52,042 nt of DNA, taken from contig JBMCHT010000001.1 in assembly GCA_048617235.1 (NCBI GenBank), forward strand, positions 1 to 52,042. Reading direction: 5' to 3'. The notes beneath the pieces are model-generated. The model had not been told where the DNA came from, ran no database searches, and saw only the letters and a list, made by a program, of their open reading frames with translations. This document shows, piece by piece, positions 28,529 to 38,435 of this stretch. The stretch is from Patescibacteria group bacterium. Lineage in GTDB: Bacteria; Patescibacteriota; Minisyncoccia; Phycocordibacterales; XYD1-FULL-46-19. Positions within the stretch are counted from its first letter, which is position 1. The number at the start of each line of letters is the position of its first letter. The position numbers were made by a program, and so were the translations under genes.

Positions 28529-30424
28529 ATGCCGAAAGATAATTCTCTTAGTTTGCAAGCAATCCGGAGGAAATTTTTGGATTTTTATGCAGCTAAAGGG
28601 CATCAGCTATTGCCTTCGGCTTCCTTGATACCGGAAAATGATCCCACTACTTTATTTACCGGTTCGGGAATGCAGCCAATGTTGCCTTATCTTTTGGGTG
28701 AAGATCATCCGGCTGGTAAGCGTTTGGCTAATTCACAAAAATGTTTTCGAGCTGAAGATATAGATGAAATTGGAGACAATCGTCATACCACCGTTTTTGA
28801 AATGTTGGGTAACTGGTCATTGGGAGATTATTTTAAATCTGAACAATTGGCTTGGTTGTTTCAATTTTTGACGATGGAACTGGGTTTGGATCCCAATCGT
28901 TTATATGTGACCGTTTTTGCCGGCGATGATCGCTTTGGTTTACCACAAGACGATGAGGCAGTAGCAATTTGGCAAAAATTGTTTCAAGAAAAAGGAATAG
29001 ATGCCAAGGCGGTTTTTATGGGAAATGAAAAAACTGCCGAAGTCAAAGGAATGCAAGCCGGAAGGATTTTTTATTATGATGCTTCCAAAAATTGGTGGAG
29101 CCGAGCCGGTGGGCCGGATAAACAGCCTGTTGGAGAACCCGGGGGACCGGATTCGGAGATTTTTTACGAATTTGAACAAATAGAACATAATCCCGCTTAT
29201 GGCAAATATTGTCATCCTAATTGTGATTGTGGTCGGTTTGTGGAAATAGGCAATTCAGTATTTATGAATTATCGGAAAACAGCTTCCGGTTTTGAAAAAA
29301 TGTCTCAAGCTAATATAGATTTTGGTGGTGGCCTAGAAAGAATAACAGCGGCAGTGGCTGATGAACCGGATATCTTTAAAATAGATGTTTTAGCTAATAT
29401 TATTCAAGAAATAGAAAAATTAACCATTAATAAGCCTTATTCGAATCCCGAATACACTAAAGTTTATAGAATTGTAGCTGATCATTTACGAGGAGCGGTT
29501 TTTATGACCTCTGACGGTTTATTACCGGCTAATAGCGATCAAGGTTATTTTTTACGCCGATTAATCAGGCGACAAATTATTGCTTTACGAAAACTGGATT
29601 TAACTTCTGAAGGAATTTTAACCTCTTTAACTAAAACTGTAGCTGAAAGTTACCGAAAAGCTTATCCGGATATTATAAATAATTTGGATAATATAAATAA
29701 AGTTATTCTAGAGGAAGAGAAGCGTTTCACTAAAACTTTATCTGTCGGTTTGAAAAAATTCAAAGAAATGGTCAATCAAAAAAATATTTCCGGAGATCAA
29801 GCCTTTGAATTGTTTACTACTTATGGTTTCCCGGTAGAATTAACCAAAGAATTGGCAAATGAAAATGATATTCAAGTGGATTTAGAAGGTTTTAATCAAA
29901 AAATGATTGAACATAAAAAATTATCAAGCCAAGCCGCTTCCGGTAAATTCAAAGGAGGTTTGGCTGATAACAGTCAGCAAAATATTGTTTATCATACGAC
30001 TACCCATCTTCTGCAAGCAGCTTTAAAAAATATTTTAGGAGATTCCGTTGAACAAAAAGGGTCAAATATTACACCGGAGCGATTACGTTTTGATTTCACT
30101 TGGCCACAAAAATTAACAACCTCGGAGATTAAACAAATAGAGGACTGGGTTAATGACGTCATTGCTAAAAATTTGCCTATAAATTCAATCGTCTTACCAA
30201 AAGTTGAGGCTTTGGCCACTCAAGCTTGGCATTTGGGAGAAGAAAAATACGGAGATCCTGTTAAAATTTATTATGTGGGAAACAGTTTAGAGACAGCTTT
30301 GTCTAAAGAATTTTGTGGTGGCCCTCATTTACAACAAACCGGAGAAATTAAAGGTAAATTTAAAATAATTAAAGAAGAGTCAATTAGTGCCGGAGTTAGA
30401 CGAATAAAAGCTCAAATAGAATAA
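28529..30424 (+). CDS. alaS: Alanine--tRNA ligase (short form lacking the C-Ala domain)
   Basis: LFTGSGMQP, RH.T.FEMLGNWS, DFGGGLER and editing motifs HTTTH...EFCGGPH; ends at GVRRIKA. Confidence 0.95.
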   Translation: MPKDNSLSLQAIRRKFLDFYAAKGHQLLPSASLIPENDPTTLFTGSGMQPMLPYLLGEDHPAGKRLANSQKCFRAEDIDEIGDNRHTTVFEMLGNWSLGDYFKSEQLAWLFQFLTMELGLDPNRLYVTVFAGDDRFGLPQDDEAVAIWQKLFQEKGIDAKAVFMGNEKTAEVKGMQAGRIFYYDASKNWWSRAGGPDKQPVGEPGGPDSEIFYEFEQIEHNPAYGKYCHPNCDCGRFVEIGNSVFMNYRKTASGFEKMSQANIDFGGGLERITAAVADEPDIFKIDVLANIIQEIEKLTINKPYSNPEYTKVYRIVADHLRGAVFMTSDGLLPANSDQGYFLRRLIRRQIIALRKLDLTSEGILTSLTKTVAESYRKAYPDIINNLDNINKVILEEEKRFTKTLSVGLKKFKEMVNQKNISGDQAFELFTTYGFPVELTKELANENDIQVDLEGFNQKMIEHKKLSSQAASGKFKGGLADNSQQNIVYHTTTHLLQAALKNILGDSVEQKGSNITPERLRFDFTWPQKLTTSEIKQIEDWVNDVIAKNLPINSIVLPKVEALATQAWHLGEEKYGDPVKIYYVGNSLETALSKEFCGGPHLQQTGEIKGKFKIIKEESISAGVRRIKAQIE

Positions 30425-30463
30425 TATATATTATTAAATAATCAGTTGTGTTATAATTTTATC

Positions 30464-31648
30464 ATGAAATTGGAAGCGGTGGATAAAAAAAAGCAACAAC
30501 CGGTTCATTTGGTTATAGATTTGGGCACTGCCTCAGTTGGTGGATCTTTGTTTATTGAAAATCCTTCCGCTAAAAAACCGGAAATAATCAAAAGTGTTCG
30601 TTTAAGTATTGGTCGAGAACAAGCGGTTAATTTAAGAGATTTTTTAAATCAAACCAAAAAAACCATCGGAGAAGTGGTTGAGAGGTTAATAGGAAAAGAT
30701 TATTTGTCTGTTCAAAGTATAAATTGCATTTTGGCTGCTCCTTATTATTTGGCTAAAACTGAATTTATACATTATCAGGATAAAAATAAACATCTCAAAT
30801 TTACTCCTAATTTATTAAATCGTTTAGTTGAGCAGAAAGCAGCTACTTTAATTAAAGATCATCCCAAGCTATATCAAGAGATAATCTCTGATCAAAGCTG
30901 TTTATTGGAAAAAGAAATAATGATGAAAAAATTAAATGGTTATCCGGTAGAACAAGCTAAAGGTCAAATAGCTCACCGCTTAAATTTGGCAGTTTATTAC
31001 AGTTTGACTTCCGAGGCGGTTTTAAATCAACTGGAAGATATTTTGCATCTTTATACTGATCGTCATGTCTCTGTTTGTTTTCATAGTTTAGTAAAGGTTC
31101 TAGCTGAAGTAGCTCCCACTTTAATACCAAACCGAAGAAATTATATTATTCTTGATGCTAGCGGAGAATTAACGGATATTGCCGTCGTTAGAAATAAAGT
31201 ATTATCCGGGCATTTATCTTTTCCGGTCGGAACTAAAACAATTTTACGTTTAGCGTCAGAGACGGCTGGTAGCTCAATTGAAGAAATTAAATCTAGATTG
31301 GTTTTACAATCAAGCGGAGATCTAAAACAAACAGAGGTTGATAAATTAGATAAAATCTTAGAAACTGCTAAAATTAAATGGTTAGCCGGTTTAAAAGATA
31401 GTTTGAATTTAGTTAAAGAAACTACTATGTTACCGGAAAATATTTTAATTCTAACTGATGAGTTATCTGCCGATTCATTGATTAAGTGGATAAAAGATGA
31501 AAATTGGAAAGAGTACACTCTTTCGACCGGTTCTTTTAATGTAAAACCTCTAAGATCTTCGGTTTTGAAATCTTTTTGTCTGGCAGATAACAGTTTAAGC
31601 GATCCTTTCTTGTTGATGGAAACATTGTTTTGTCAAAGCCAGTTGTGA
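30464..31648 (+). CDS. FtsA/PilM-like actin-fold protein (divergent)
   Basis: LVIDLGTASV and ILDASGELTDI phosphate-loop-like motifs. Start set to ATG 30464 because TGTTATAAT (30449-30457) overlaps the track's TTG start. Confidence 0.65.
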   Translation: MKLEAVDKKKQQPVHLVIDLGTASVGGSLFIENPSAKKPEIIKSVRLSIGREQAVNLRDFLNQTKKTIGEVVERLIGKDYLSVQSINCILAAPYYLAKTEFIHYQDKNKHLKFTPNLLNRLVEQKAATLIKDHPKLYQEIISDQSCLLEKEIMMKKLNGYPVEQAKGQIAHRLNLAVYYSLTSEAVLNQLEDILHLYTDRHVSVCFHSLVKVLAEVAPTLIPNRRNYIILDASGELTDIAVVRNKVLSGHLSFPVGTKTILRLASETAGSSIEEIKSRLVLQSSGDLKQTEVDKLDKILETAKIKWLAGLKDSLNLVKETTMLPENILILTDELSADSLIKWIKDENWKEYTLSTGSFNVKPLRSSVLKSFCLADNSLSDPFLLMETLFCQSQL

Positions 31649-31702
31649 TATACTAAACTAGCTAAAAGCAATTTTACAAATAACCTTTAAATCTTTAATA
31701 TT

Positions 31703-32974
31703 GTGAATGATATTATAAAAAATAAACGTAAACTTAAGGATGTTTTACCCAAAAATTCGGGTTTTCAGATTAAAAAAACTCCACATAAAGAAACAAATAG
31801 CAGTAATAGCTTAGATTTATTGTCTAGACGATCGCGAATTCCCAAAAAATTTATTTGGTTCTTTGCTATTTTAATTTTGGTTTTTGGTTTAATTACCATT
31901 ACCAGTGCTTTATCGCGAGCAACTGTGAATATAACTCCTCAGGTTTCTGTCCCTTTTGAAATTAAAGGAGAGTTTTCGGCTTATCTGGATCCAGTTGATT
32001 CCGATTTAGCTTTTTATACAGTTAGTAACGAACAAGAAGTCACTAAAACAGTAGAACCCAGCGGAACGGAAACAGTTACTTCTTACGCCGAAGGCGATAT
32101 TACTATTTATAATAGTTCAGCCGAGCCCCAAACCTTAGTAGAAAGAACCAGGTTTGAATCTCCGGATGGAAAAATATTCAGAATTCAAAAACAAGTAGTA
32201 GTTCCCGGAAAGACTGATGAAGAACCGGGACAATTAACAACCAAAGTGATTGCCGATGAACCGGGAGAAGCTCAAAATATTGAACCTACTACTTTTACCG
32301 TTCCGGGTTTAGCCGGTGGTGATCTTTTTGATCTAATTACCGCTAAGTCTTTTGAAACTTTTGAAGGAGGACAAACCGGTGAGGTTAAAGTAATAAACGA
32401 AGAGGACAGAGAACAAGCCCTGACTGCCATTGAAACCGAGTTGGAAAGTCTAGATCTTAGCACTCAAGTTTTATCCGCTCCGGATGGATTTATTCTACCG
32501 GATGAGGCTGTTATTTCCGGTTTGGAGTATAAAACTGAAGATACCAATGATGGTCAAGTTAAAATAATCGGCCAGAAATCTTATACCGGTATTATGTTTA
32601 ATAAATATGATCTTAGTAAATTTTTAGCTAAAATATATTTAGGATCAGATCAATATCAAGGAGAAGATATTCTTTTAGATGATTTTTCCAAGTTAACTTT
32701 TGAAATAGATAATTTAGAAGAATTAAATCCTTATGAATTAGATAAAATAGACTTTACCCTAAGTTCAGATAATCAAGAAGTTAAATTTATTTGGGTAGTG
32801 GATGAAGAATCTATTAGAAAGCTGGTTGCCGGTAGTAATAAAGAGAGTTTTCAGCAAATATTAAAGAGTTCCAATACTGTTGGTCGAGCACAGATAGATT
32901 TTAGACCCTTTTGGCTTAAAACCGTTCCCGAAAACCCCGATAAAATAAAAATTAGAATTATTTATCCGGAATAG
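31703..32974 (+). CDS. Membrane-anchored protein with baseplate-J-like domain
   Basis: Single TM, then A.G.ITIYN, TRF...G..F and V.A.EPGE..NI motifs. Confidence 0.65.
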   Translation: MNDIIKNKRKLKDVLPKNSGFQIKKTPHKETNSSNSLDLLSRRSRIPKKFIWFFAILILVFGLITITSALSRATVNITPQVSVPFEIKGEFSAYLDPVDSDLAFYTVSNEQEVTKTVEPSGTETVTSYAEGDITIYNSSAEPQTLVERTRFESPDGKIFRIQKQVVVPGKTDEEPGQLTTKVIADEPGEAQNIEPTTFTVPGLAGGDLFDLITAKSFETFEGGQTGEVKVINEEDREQALTAIETELESLDLSTQVLSAPDGFILPDEAVISGLEYKTEDTNDGQVKIIGQKSYTGIMFNKYDLSKFLAKIYLGSDQYQGEDILLDDFSKLTFEIDNLEELNPYELDKIDFTLSSDNQEVKFIWVVDEESIRKLVAGSNKESFQQILKSSNTVGRAQIDFRPFWLKTVPENPDKIKIRIIYPE

Positions 32975-32985
32975 TGAAAAAAGAC

Positions 32986-33014
32986 TTGACTTCTATTATT
33001 TAAACTGATAACAT
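32986..33014 (+). promoter_or_regulatory. Candidate sigma-70 promoter for the infA operon
   Basis: TTGACT-N17-TAACAT, with TG in the extended -10 position. Confidence 0.55.
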
Positions 33015-33031
33015 CTCCAAAGTAATCCATA

Positions 33032-33280
33032 ATGCCTGCAAATAGGAATAATAATATAGATAAAGAACCTTCCAATAAAGAAGATGGCTTAGCTGTCGGC
33101 GTGGTGATAGAGTCTTTACCTAACACTCATTTTCGAGTGGAATTGGAAAATGGACAGGAGATTATGGCTTATTTATCGGGTAAAATGAGATTGAATCGAA
33201 TTCGAGTTTTAGTGGGAGATAGGGTCGAAGTTTTGTTAGATCCCTATGGTGGTAAAGGCCGCATCACTAAAAGATTGTAA
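33032..33280 (+). CDS. infA: Translation initiation factor IF-1
   Basis: [20 protein letters not shown] and IRVLVGDRV. Confidence 0.96.
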   Translation: MPANRNNNIDKEPSNKEDGLAVGVVIESLPNTHFRVELENGQEIMAYLSGKMRLNRIRVLVGDRVEVLLDPYGGKGRITKRL

Positions 33281-33352
33281 AAGACAAAAAATTGGGTCAG
33301 TAATAATTTCTACTGACTTTATCGGATTTGTTTGGTAAAAATTTTTATATTT

Positions 33353-33469
33353 ATGAAGGTTAAATCAACCATAAAAAAAAGATGTCCCCAGTGTAAGATG
33401 GTTAAACGCCGAGGGCATTTATATATTATTTGCAAAAATAAGCCAAGACATAAACAAAAACAAGCTTAA
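33353..33469 (+). CDS. rpmJ: 50S ribosomal protein L36 (Zn-binding C+ type)
   Basis: MKVKSTIKKRCPQCKMVKRRGHLYIICKNKPRHKQKQA; below the ORF-track cut-off; canonical position. Confidence 0.96.
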   Translation: MKVKSTIKKRCPQCKMVKRRGHLYIICKNKPRHKQKQA

Positions 33470-33485
33470 TCTATTTTAAATAACT

Positions 33486-33863
33486 ATGCGTATTTCAGGA
33501 ATAAACATACCGGATAAAAAAAGACTCGAAATAGGTTTAACCGCCATTTATGGAGTGGGTAGACCTCAAGCTCAAACCATTTTAACAGAACAAAATATAG
33601 ACTGGGGAACCAAGCCGGCAGATTTAACTACCGATCAAGAACAAAGTTTAAGATTAGCTGTTGAAAAATTAAGAATAGAAGGGGATTTAAAAAGAGAAGT
33701 CTCGGGTAATATTAAAAGATTGAAAGATATACAATCTTATCGCGGTTCGCGTCATAGTAAACAATTACCGGCTCGAGGTCAGCGTAGTAAGACTAACTCT
33801 CGAACTCGAAAAGGTCCTCGAAAAACCATGGGTTCCGGTAAAAAGAAAGTAGAAAAGAAATAG
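33486..33863 (+). CDS. rpsM: 30S ribosomal protein S13
   Basis: RISGINIP, LTAIYGVG and YRG.RH...LPARGQR.KTN.RTRKG. Confidence 0.97.
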   Translation: MRISGINIPDKKRLEIGLTAIYGVGRPQAQTILTEQNIDWGTKPADLTTDQEQSLRLAVEKLRIEGDLKREVSGNIKRLKDIQSYRGSRHSKQLPARGQRSKTNSRTRKGPRKTMGSGKKKVEKK

Positions 33864-33888
33864 TAATTTATTTTTAATTTAATATTTT

Positions 33889-34320
33889 ATGGGCAAAAAA
33901 CGCATAATTAAAAAAAGTGGACAAGATTTAAAACCGGGAGCCAGCCGGTCGGCAACTCGATCCATTAAAAGAAAATTGGAAAGAGGAATTTTACATATTA
34001 ACTCTACCTATAATAATACCGGTTTATTACTAACAGATACTAAAGGTGGAGCAGTAGCCTCTTCTTCAGCCGGAGCTCTTGGTTTTAAAGGTTCAAAAAA
34101 AGGAACTCCTTTTGCCGCCGGTAAAGTAGGTGAATTGTTATCTGAACAAGCCGAACAGGCCGGATTAAAAGATCTGGATGTGGTTATTAAAGGAGTAGGA
34201 GCCGGTCGAGAGTCTGCTTTAAGGTCATTTGTGGCCCGAGGTTTTATTGTTCATTCAATAGTAGATAAAACTCCGGTGCCTTTTAATGGACCGCGGCCAC
34301 CTAAGCCTCGTCGAGTTTAA
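33889..34320 (+). CDS. rpsK: 30S ribosomal protein S11
   Basis: STYNNT, GFKGSKKGTPFAA and TPVPFNGPRPPKPRRV. Confidence 0.97.
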   Translation: MGKKRIIKKSGQDLKPGASRSATRSIKRKLERGILHINSTYNNTGLLLTDTKGGAVASSSAGALGFKGSKKGTPFAAGKVGELLSEQAEQAGLKDLDVVIKGVGAGRESALRSFVARGFIVHSIVDKTPVPFNGPRPPKPRRV

Positions 34321-34350
34321 TTATAATTATAATCCCTTATTACTGTATTT

Positions 34351-34962
34351 ATGAAAATCGGACCAAAATATAAAATAGCTCGTCGTTTGGGAGATAGAGT
34401 TTTCCCTAAATGCCAAACTACTAAATTTACCGTTTCCGGTACGGAAAAGAAAACCAAGTCTAAAAAAGGTAGGCGAGGTTTGAGTGAATATGGTTCACAA
34501 TTATTGGAAAAACAAAAAGCCCGTTTTACTTATTGTGTTAGTGAGAAACAATTTTCTTCTTACATTAAAGAAGCTCGAGATCAAGCAGACAATCCGGCAG
34601 TGGCCGCTTTTATTTCTCTAGAAAAAAGATTGGATAATATAGTTTTTCGTTTAGGTTTGGCACCTTCCCGTTTAGCGGCCAGACAAATGGTTTCCCATGG
34701 GCATATTTATGTAAATGGTCGTCGTTTAAATATTCCTTCTCATCAAGTAAAAATAGGTGACAAAATTTCTGTCAGACCTCAAAGTAAAACCAAAGGTTTA
34801 TATACTGAGATAGAAGAAAAAATTGCCGCTAATCATTTGCCTACTTGGCTAAAATTAGATGAAAAGAATTTAGTTGGAGAATTGTTGGCAGAACCGAAAA
34901 CGGATGAATTGGAAACTAATCTTAATTTTGTAGTTATTTTAGAATTTTATAGTCGCTCTTAA
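34351..34962 (+). CDS. rpsD: 30S ribosomal protein S4
   Basis: SEYG.QL.EKQK, LE.RLDNIVFRLG, ARQMVSHGH and EFYSR. Confidence 0.97.
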   Translation: MKIGPKYKIARRLGDRVFPKCQTTKFTVSGTEKKTKSKKGRRGLSEYGSQLLEKQKARFTYCVSEKQFSSYIKEARDQADNPAVAAFISLEKRLDNIVFRLGLAPSRLAARQMVSHGHIYVNGRRLNIPSHQVKIGDKISVRPQSKTKGLYTEIEEKIAANHLPTWLKLDEKNLVGELLAEPKTDELETNLNFVVILEFYSRS

Positions 34963-35001
34963 AACTTTTATTAAATTTATTTATTAATCTAATAATATTT
35001 T

Positions 35002-35982
35002 ATGTCGGATTTAAATATTGTTTTACCTTCCAAACCTCAAGTCTTGACTGAAGACAATTTTAGAGGTGTTTATGAAATAGAAGGTCTTTATCCCGGTTAT
35101 GGTCATACATTGGGAAATTCTCTGCGACGTATTATTCTTTCTTCTTTACCCGGTTATGCCATTGTTTCACTTAAAATAGAAGGAGTAGAACATGAGTTTA
35201 GTACCATCACCGGAGTTAAAGAGGATGTTATTAACATTATCCTTAATCTTAAAAAAGTTTCTTTCAGGGCTGTTGGGGATGAACCTCAGACAATTACTTT
35301 AAAAGCCAGCGGGGTTAAAGAAGTAACTGCCGGAGATTTAAGTATACCCGGTGGGATGGAGGTAGTTAATCCGGAACAATTAATTTTAACCCTAACCGAT
35401 AAAAATGCGGAAATAGATATGGAAATGCATTTGGAAAAAGGTTTGGGTTATTTACCAAAAGAAGTTTTGCAGGCAGATAAAGTGGAGATAGGTTCCATTG
35501 CTCTAGATGCCACTTTTACTCCTATTCGCCAAGTCAGTTATGAAGTAGAACAAATGCGTGTTAACAAACGAACAGATTTTAACAAATTACGAATGATAAT
35601 AGAAACCAATGGCGATATCACTCCACGTCAAGCCTTGGAGGATTCAATCAGAATAATGATAGATCAATTAAAAGCCGTAGTTGGTTTTAAAGAAGAAGAG
35701 CCGGAAGTAATTCCAGCCGAAATTGAAGAAGAAGAAAAGATTGAAGATTTGGAAACAGAAGATAAAATTAAAGCTGAAAATGAAGAGGCTTTAAAAACCA
35801 GAATTGAAGATCTAAAATTATCCGCCAGAACAGAGAAGGCCTTATCGGGAGCCAGTATTAGAACAGTAGGTGGACTTATTCGTAAAAGCGAAGAAGACCT
35901 TTTAGCTTTAGAAGGTTTGGGAGATAAAGGTATCATAGAAATTAAAAAAGCATTGAGTAATTTCGGAATTGTGTTAAAGTAG
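35002..35982 (+). CDS. rpoA: RNA polymerase subunit alpha
   Basis: GYGHTLGNSLRRIILSS, HEFSTI.GVKED and an alpha-CTD. Confidence 0.97.
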   Translation: MSDLNIVLPSKPQVLTEDNFRGVYEIEGLYPGYGHTLGNSLRRIILSSLPGYAIVSLKIEGVEHEFSTITGVKEDVINIILNLKKVSFRAVGDEPQTITLKASGVKEVTAGDLSIPGGMEVVNPEQLILTLTDKNAEIDMEMHLEKGLGYLPKEVLQADKVEIGSIALDATFTPIRQVSYEVEQMRVNKRTDFNKLRMIIETNGDITPRQALEDSIRIMIDQLKAVVGFKEEEPEVIPAEIEEEEKIEDLETEDKIKAENEEALKTRIEDLKLSARTEKALSGASIRTVGGLIRKSEEDLLALEGLGDKGIIEIKKALSNFGIVLK

Positions 35983-36009
35983 AAACCGTCTTCAAGACAC
36001 TTATTTATT

Positions 36010-36369
36010 ATGAAACACGGCGCTAATATCAAAAAACTGGGAAGAGAAACCGATCAAAGACGAGCTTTGAGGCGTTCTTTGGCTAAAAATTTAGTGGAAC
36101 ATGGTAAAATAAAGACCACTGAGGCTAAAGCCAAGGCTTTGAGACCTTTTATTGAAAAATTAATAACTATGGGTAAAAAAGGAGATTTAGCCTCCAGGCG
36201 CTTAATTATCTCCAGATTAGGAGGTAATTCCGCTCAAGAAACAGCTACTAAAATCTGTAATGATTTAGCCAAACGCTATACCGATAGAAACGGCGGTTAT
36301 ACCAGAATAACCAAATTACCAGCTCGACCGGGAGATGCCGCTAAATTAGCTTTTATTGAATTAGTCTAA
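36010..36369 (+). CDS. rplQ: 50S ribosomal protein L17
   Basis: IKTTEAKAK and R.GGYTRI.K...R.GDAA. Confidence 0.97.
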   Translation: MKHGANIKKLGRETDQRRALRRSLAKNLVEHGKIKTTEAKAKALRPFIEKLITMGKKGDLASRRLIISRLGGNSAQETATKICNDLAKRYTDRNGGYTRITKLPARPGDAAKLAFIELV

Positions 36370-36376
36370 AATTACT

Positions 36377-36733
36377 ATGACTGAAACAAATATACATACC
36401 ATTAATGCAGAAGGAAGAACTCTAGGACGATTGGCTTCAGAGATTGCCGTTGTTCTTCGAGGTAAAGATTCTCCGGATTTTCAACGACATATTTTACCAA
36501 CCAAAAAAGTAAAAGTAACCAATGCCGGTTTAATTAAATTGTCCGGTAAAAAGATAACGGATAAAAAGTACACCAGACACAGTGGCTATCCGGGAAATTT
36601 AAAAACTGAAACCCCGATTGAAGTGATAGCTAAAAAAGGTAAAAAAGAATTATTAAGAAGGGCTGTTTATGGTATGTTACCGGCTAACAGATTACGAGCT
36701 AGAGCAATGGTTAATTTAATAATAGAAGAATAA
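36377..36733 (+). CDS. rplM: 50S ribosomal protein L13 (short form)
   Basis: LGRLAS.IA..LRGK, Y.RHSGYPG and AVYGMLP.N. Confidence 0.96.
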   Translation: MTETNIHTINAEGRTLGRLASEIAVVLRGKDSPDFQRHILPTKKVKVTNAGLIKLSGKKITDKKYTRHSGYPGNLKTETPIEVIAKKGKKELLRRAVYGMLPANRLRARAMVNLIIEE

Positions 36734-36751
36734 ATAAAAAGGTTTTAGATC

Positions 36752-37159
36752 ATGTCTACTAATTTAAAAAAATATACAGAAGGAGTGGGTCGACGCAAAG
36801 AAGCAGTGGCTCGAGTTAGAATTACTCCCAAAACCGGAGCCAGTGAATGGCTAATAAATGAAAGAACGCCGGAAGAATATTTTTCAGTAACAGATTTAAA
36901 AAGGGTAATAAAAGAACCCTTAACGGTTTTAGATAAGGAACCCAAATTAACTGTTTCAGTTTTGGTTAAAGGTGGCGGTATTAAATCTCAAGCCGAAGCT
37001 ATTTCTCTGGGATTGGCCAGGGCTTTATTAAAAGCGGAATTAGTGGACAAACCGGCTTTAAAAGAAAAAAAATTATTGACTCGTGACGGTCGAGTTAAAG
37101 AAAGAAAGAAATTCGGTTTAAAAAAGGCCAGGAAATCTCCTCAATGGAGTAAACGCTAA
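36752..37159 (+). CDS. rpsI: 30S ribosomal protein S9
   Basis: GRRKEAVARV, GGG..SQAEA and ERKKFGLKKARKSPQWSKR. Confidence 0.97.
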   Translation: MSTNLKKYTEGVGRRKEAVARVRITPKTGASEWLINERTPEEYFSVTDLKRVIKEPLTVLDKEPKLTVSVLVKGGGIKSQAEAISLGLARALLKAELVDKPALKEKKLLTRDGRVKERKKFGLKKARKSPQWSKR

Positions 37160-37186
37160 TTTTATTAATTTTTTAATTAAGTTGTT

Positions 37187-37738
37187 ATGGGTAAGATTAT
37201 AAATTCTCCTTGGATAATGACGGTTATCGGTTTAATGATTGGTTTACTGGCCGGTTATGTTTTCGTTTTTGGTCCGGAAGTTAATCAAACAGATAATTCA
37301 AATATCATAAATGATGTGGAAACAGATTTAACAGAAAACACCGAAAAAGAAGACGAGGCCTCTTTTTTAAATCTGCATATAAAAGTATCCGATCAACCTA
37401 TTTCAGAAACAGCCATTATAGATGAAGTTCTTATTCCTGAACAGGGAGCTTGGATAGCTATTCATAACGAACGAGACAACCAGCCCGGTTGGGTGCTAGG
37501 AGCTATTTTTCAAAGACCAGGTCGCTGGCAAAATATAGAAGTGCCTTTAATTCAAGCTCTGGAGCCAGGTAGTCGACATTATGCCGTTTTACATCAAGAT
37601 GGAAGCGGTCTTGATCTAGATCAATCCGGTCGCACTTTTGATTCAAGCCGAGATTTACCGATAATCGGCTCCACCGGCAATTGGATAATGGATCAATTTC
37701 AAGTAGAAATCACCGGCTCCGGTGGTCAAGGGATTTAA
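37187..37738 (+). CDS. Membrane-anchored hypothetical protein
   Basis: N-terminal TM; V.DQ, W.AIH and YAVLH.D motifs; family not assigned. Confidence 0.7.
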   Translation: MGKIINSPWIMTVIGLMIGLLAGYVFVFGPEVNQTDNSNIINDVETDLTENTEKEDEASFLNLHIKVSDQPISETAIIDEVLIPEQGAWIAIHNERDNQPGWVLGAIFQRPGRWQNIEVPLIQALEPGSRHYAVLHQDGSGLDLDQSGRTFDSSRDLPIIGSTGNWIMDQFQVEITGSGGQGI

Positions 37739-37740
37739 TC

Positions 37741-37768
37741 TTGACTCTATTTTAATTATTGGTATAAT
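37741..37768 (+). promoter_or_regulatory. Sigma-70-type promoter of grpE-dnaK-dnaJ
   Basis: TTGACT-N16-TATAAT with TG extension (TGGTATAAT). Confidence 0.65.
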
Positions 37769-37811
37769 AATAACCGGTTTTTAATCGTTTATTGTTTGAA
37801 AATTTAAAATT

Positions 37812-38390
37812 ATGTCTAAAAAAGATAAAAAAACAAACAATTCAACCTTCGGTGATAAAGATATCGAATTGGAAACCGATGAAGAATTTGCAGAAATTGA
37901 GATTAAAGATCAAACCGCTAAAATTAAAAAATTAAAACAAGAATTAAAAACCTGCTTGGCCGAGAAACAAGAATTTTTAACCGGCTGGCAAAGAGCTAAA
38001 GCCGACTTCATTAATCTTAAAAATGATTTTGAAAAAGAAAGAGAGAGAGCCCAAAAATTAGCCAATGAAAACATCTTAACAGATTTAATCAAATTAGCAG
38101 ACAGTTTTGACATGGCCTTGGCCGATACTAATTCTTGGCAAGAAACACCTGAGAATTGGCGAACCGGAATTGAGCAAATTCATAAACAACTTTTATCTGT
38201 TTTTGCTCAATATGATTTACATCCGATAGAACCGCAACCCGGCGACACCCCTGATCACTATCGACACGAATCTGTCGGTTTGGAAGATAAAGAAGGAATC
38301 AAGTCCGGTCAAATAAGTTTGTTGGTTAAAAAAGGTTATTGCTTATCCGATAAAGTTATCCGACCGGCTCAAGTTAAAATAGCCAATTAA
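37812..38390 (+). CDS. grpE: Nucleotide exchange factor GrpE
   Basis: QRAKADFIN and KGY.L..KVIRPA.V; upstream of dnaK. Confidence 0.95.
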   Translation: MSKKDKKTNNSTFGDKDIELETDEEFAEIEIKDQTAKIKKLKQELKTCLAEKQEFLTGWQRAKADFINLKNDFEKERERAQKLANENILTDLIKLADSFDMALADTNSWQETPENWRTGIEQIHKQLLSVFAQYDLHPIEPQPGDTPDHYRHESVGLEDKEGIKSGQISLLVKKGYCLSDKVIRPAQVKIAN

Positions 38391-38435
38391 CAATTTAAAA
38401 ATAATTTATTAATCTAAAATAATTTTAAAAGACTT

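Noticed and set aside
37740-37811. CIRCE element or hrcA upstream of grpE-dnaK-dnaJ
   Set aside because: No TTAGCACTC-N9-GAGTGCTAA is visible and no hrcA is in the window.
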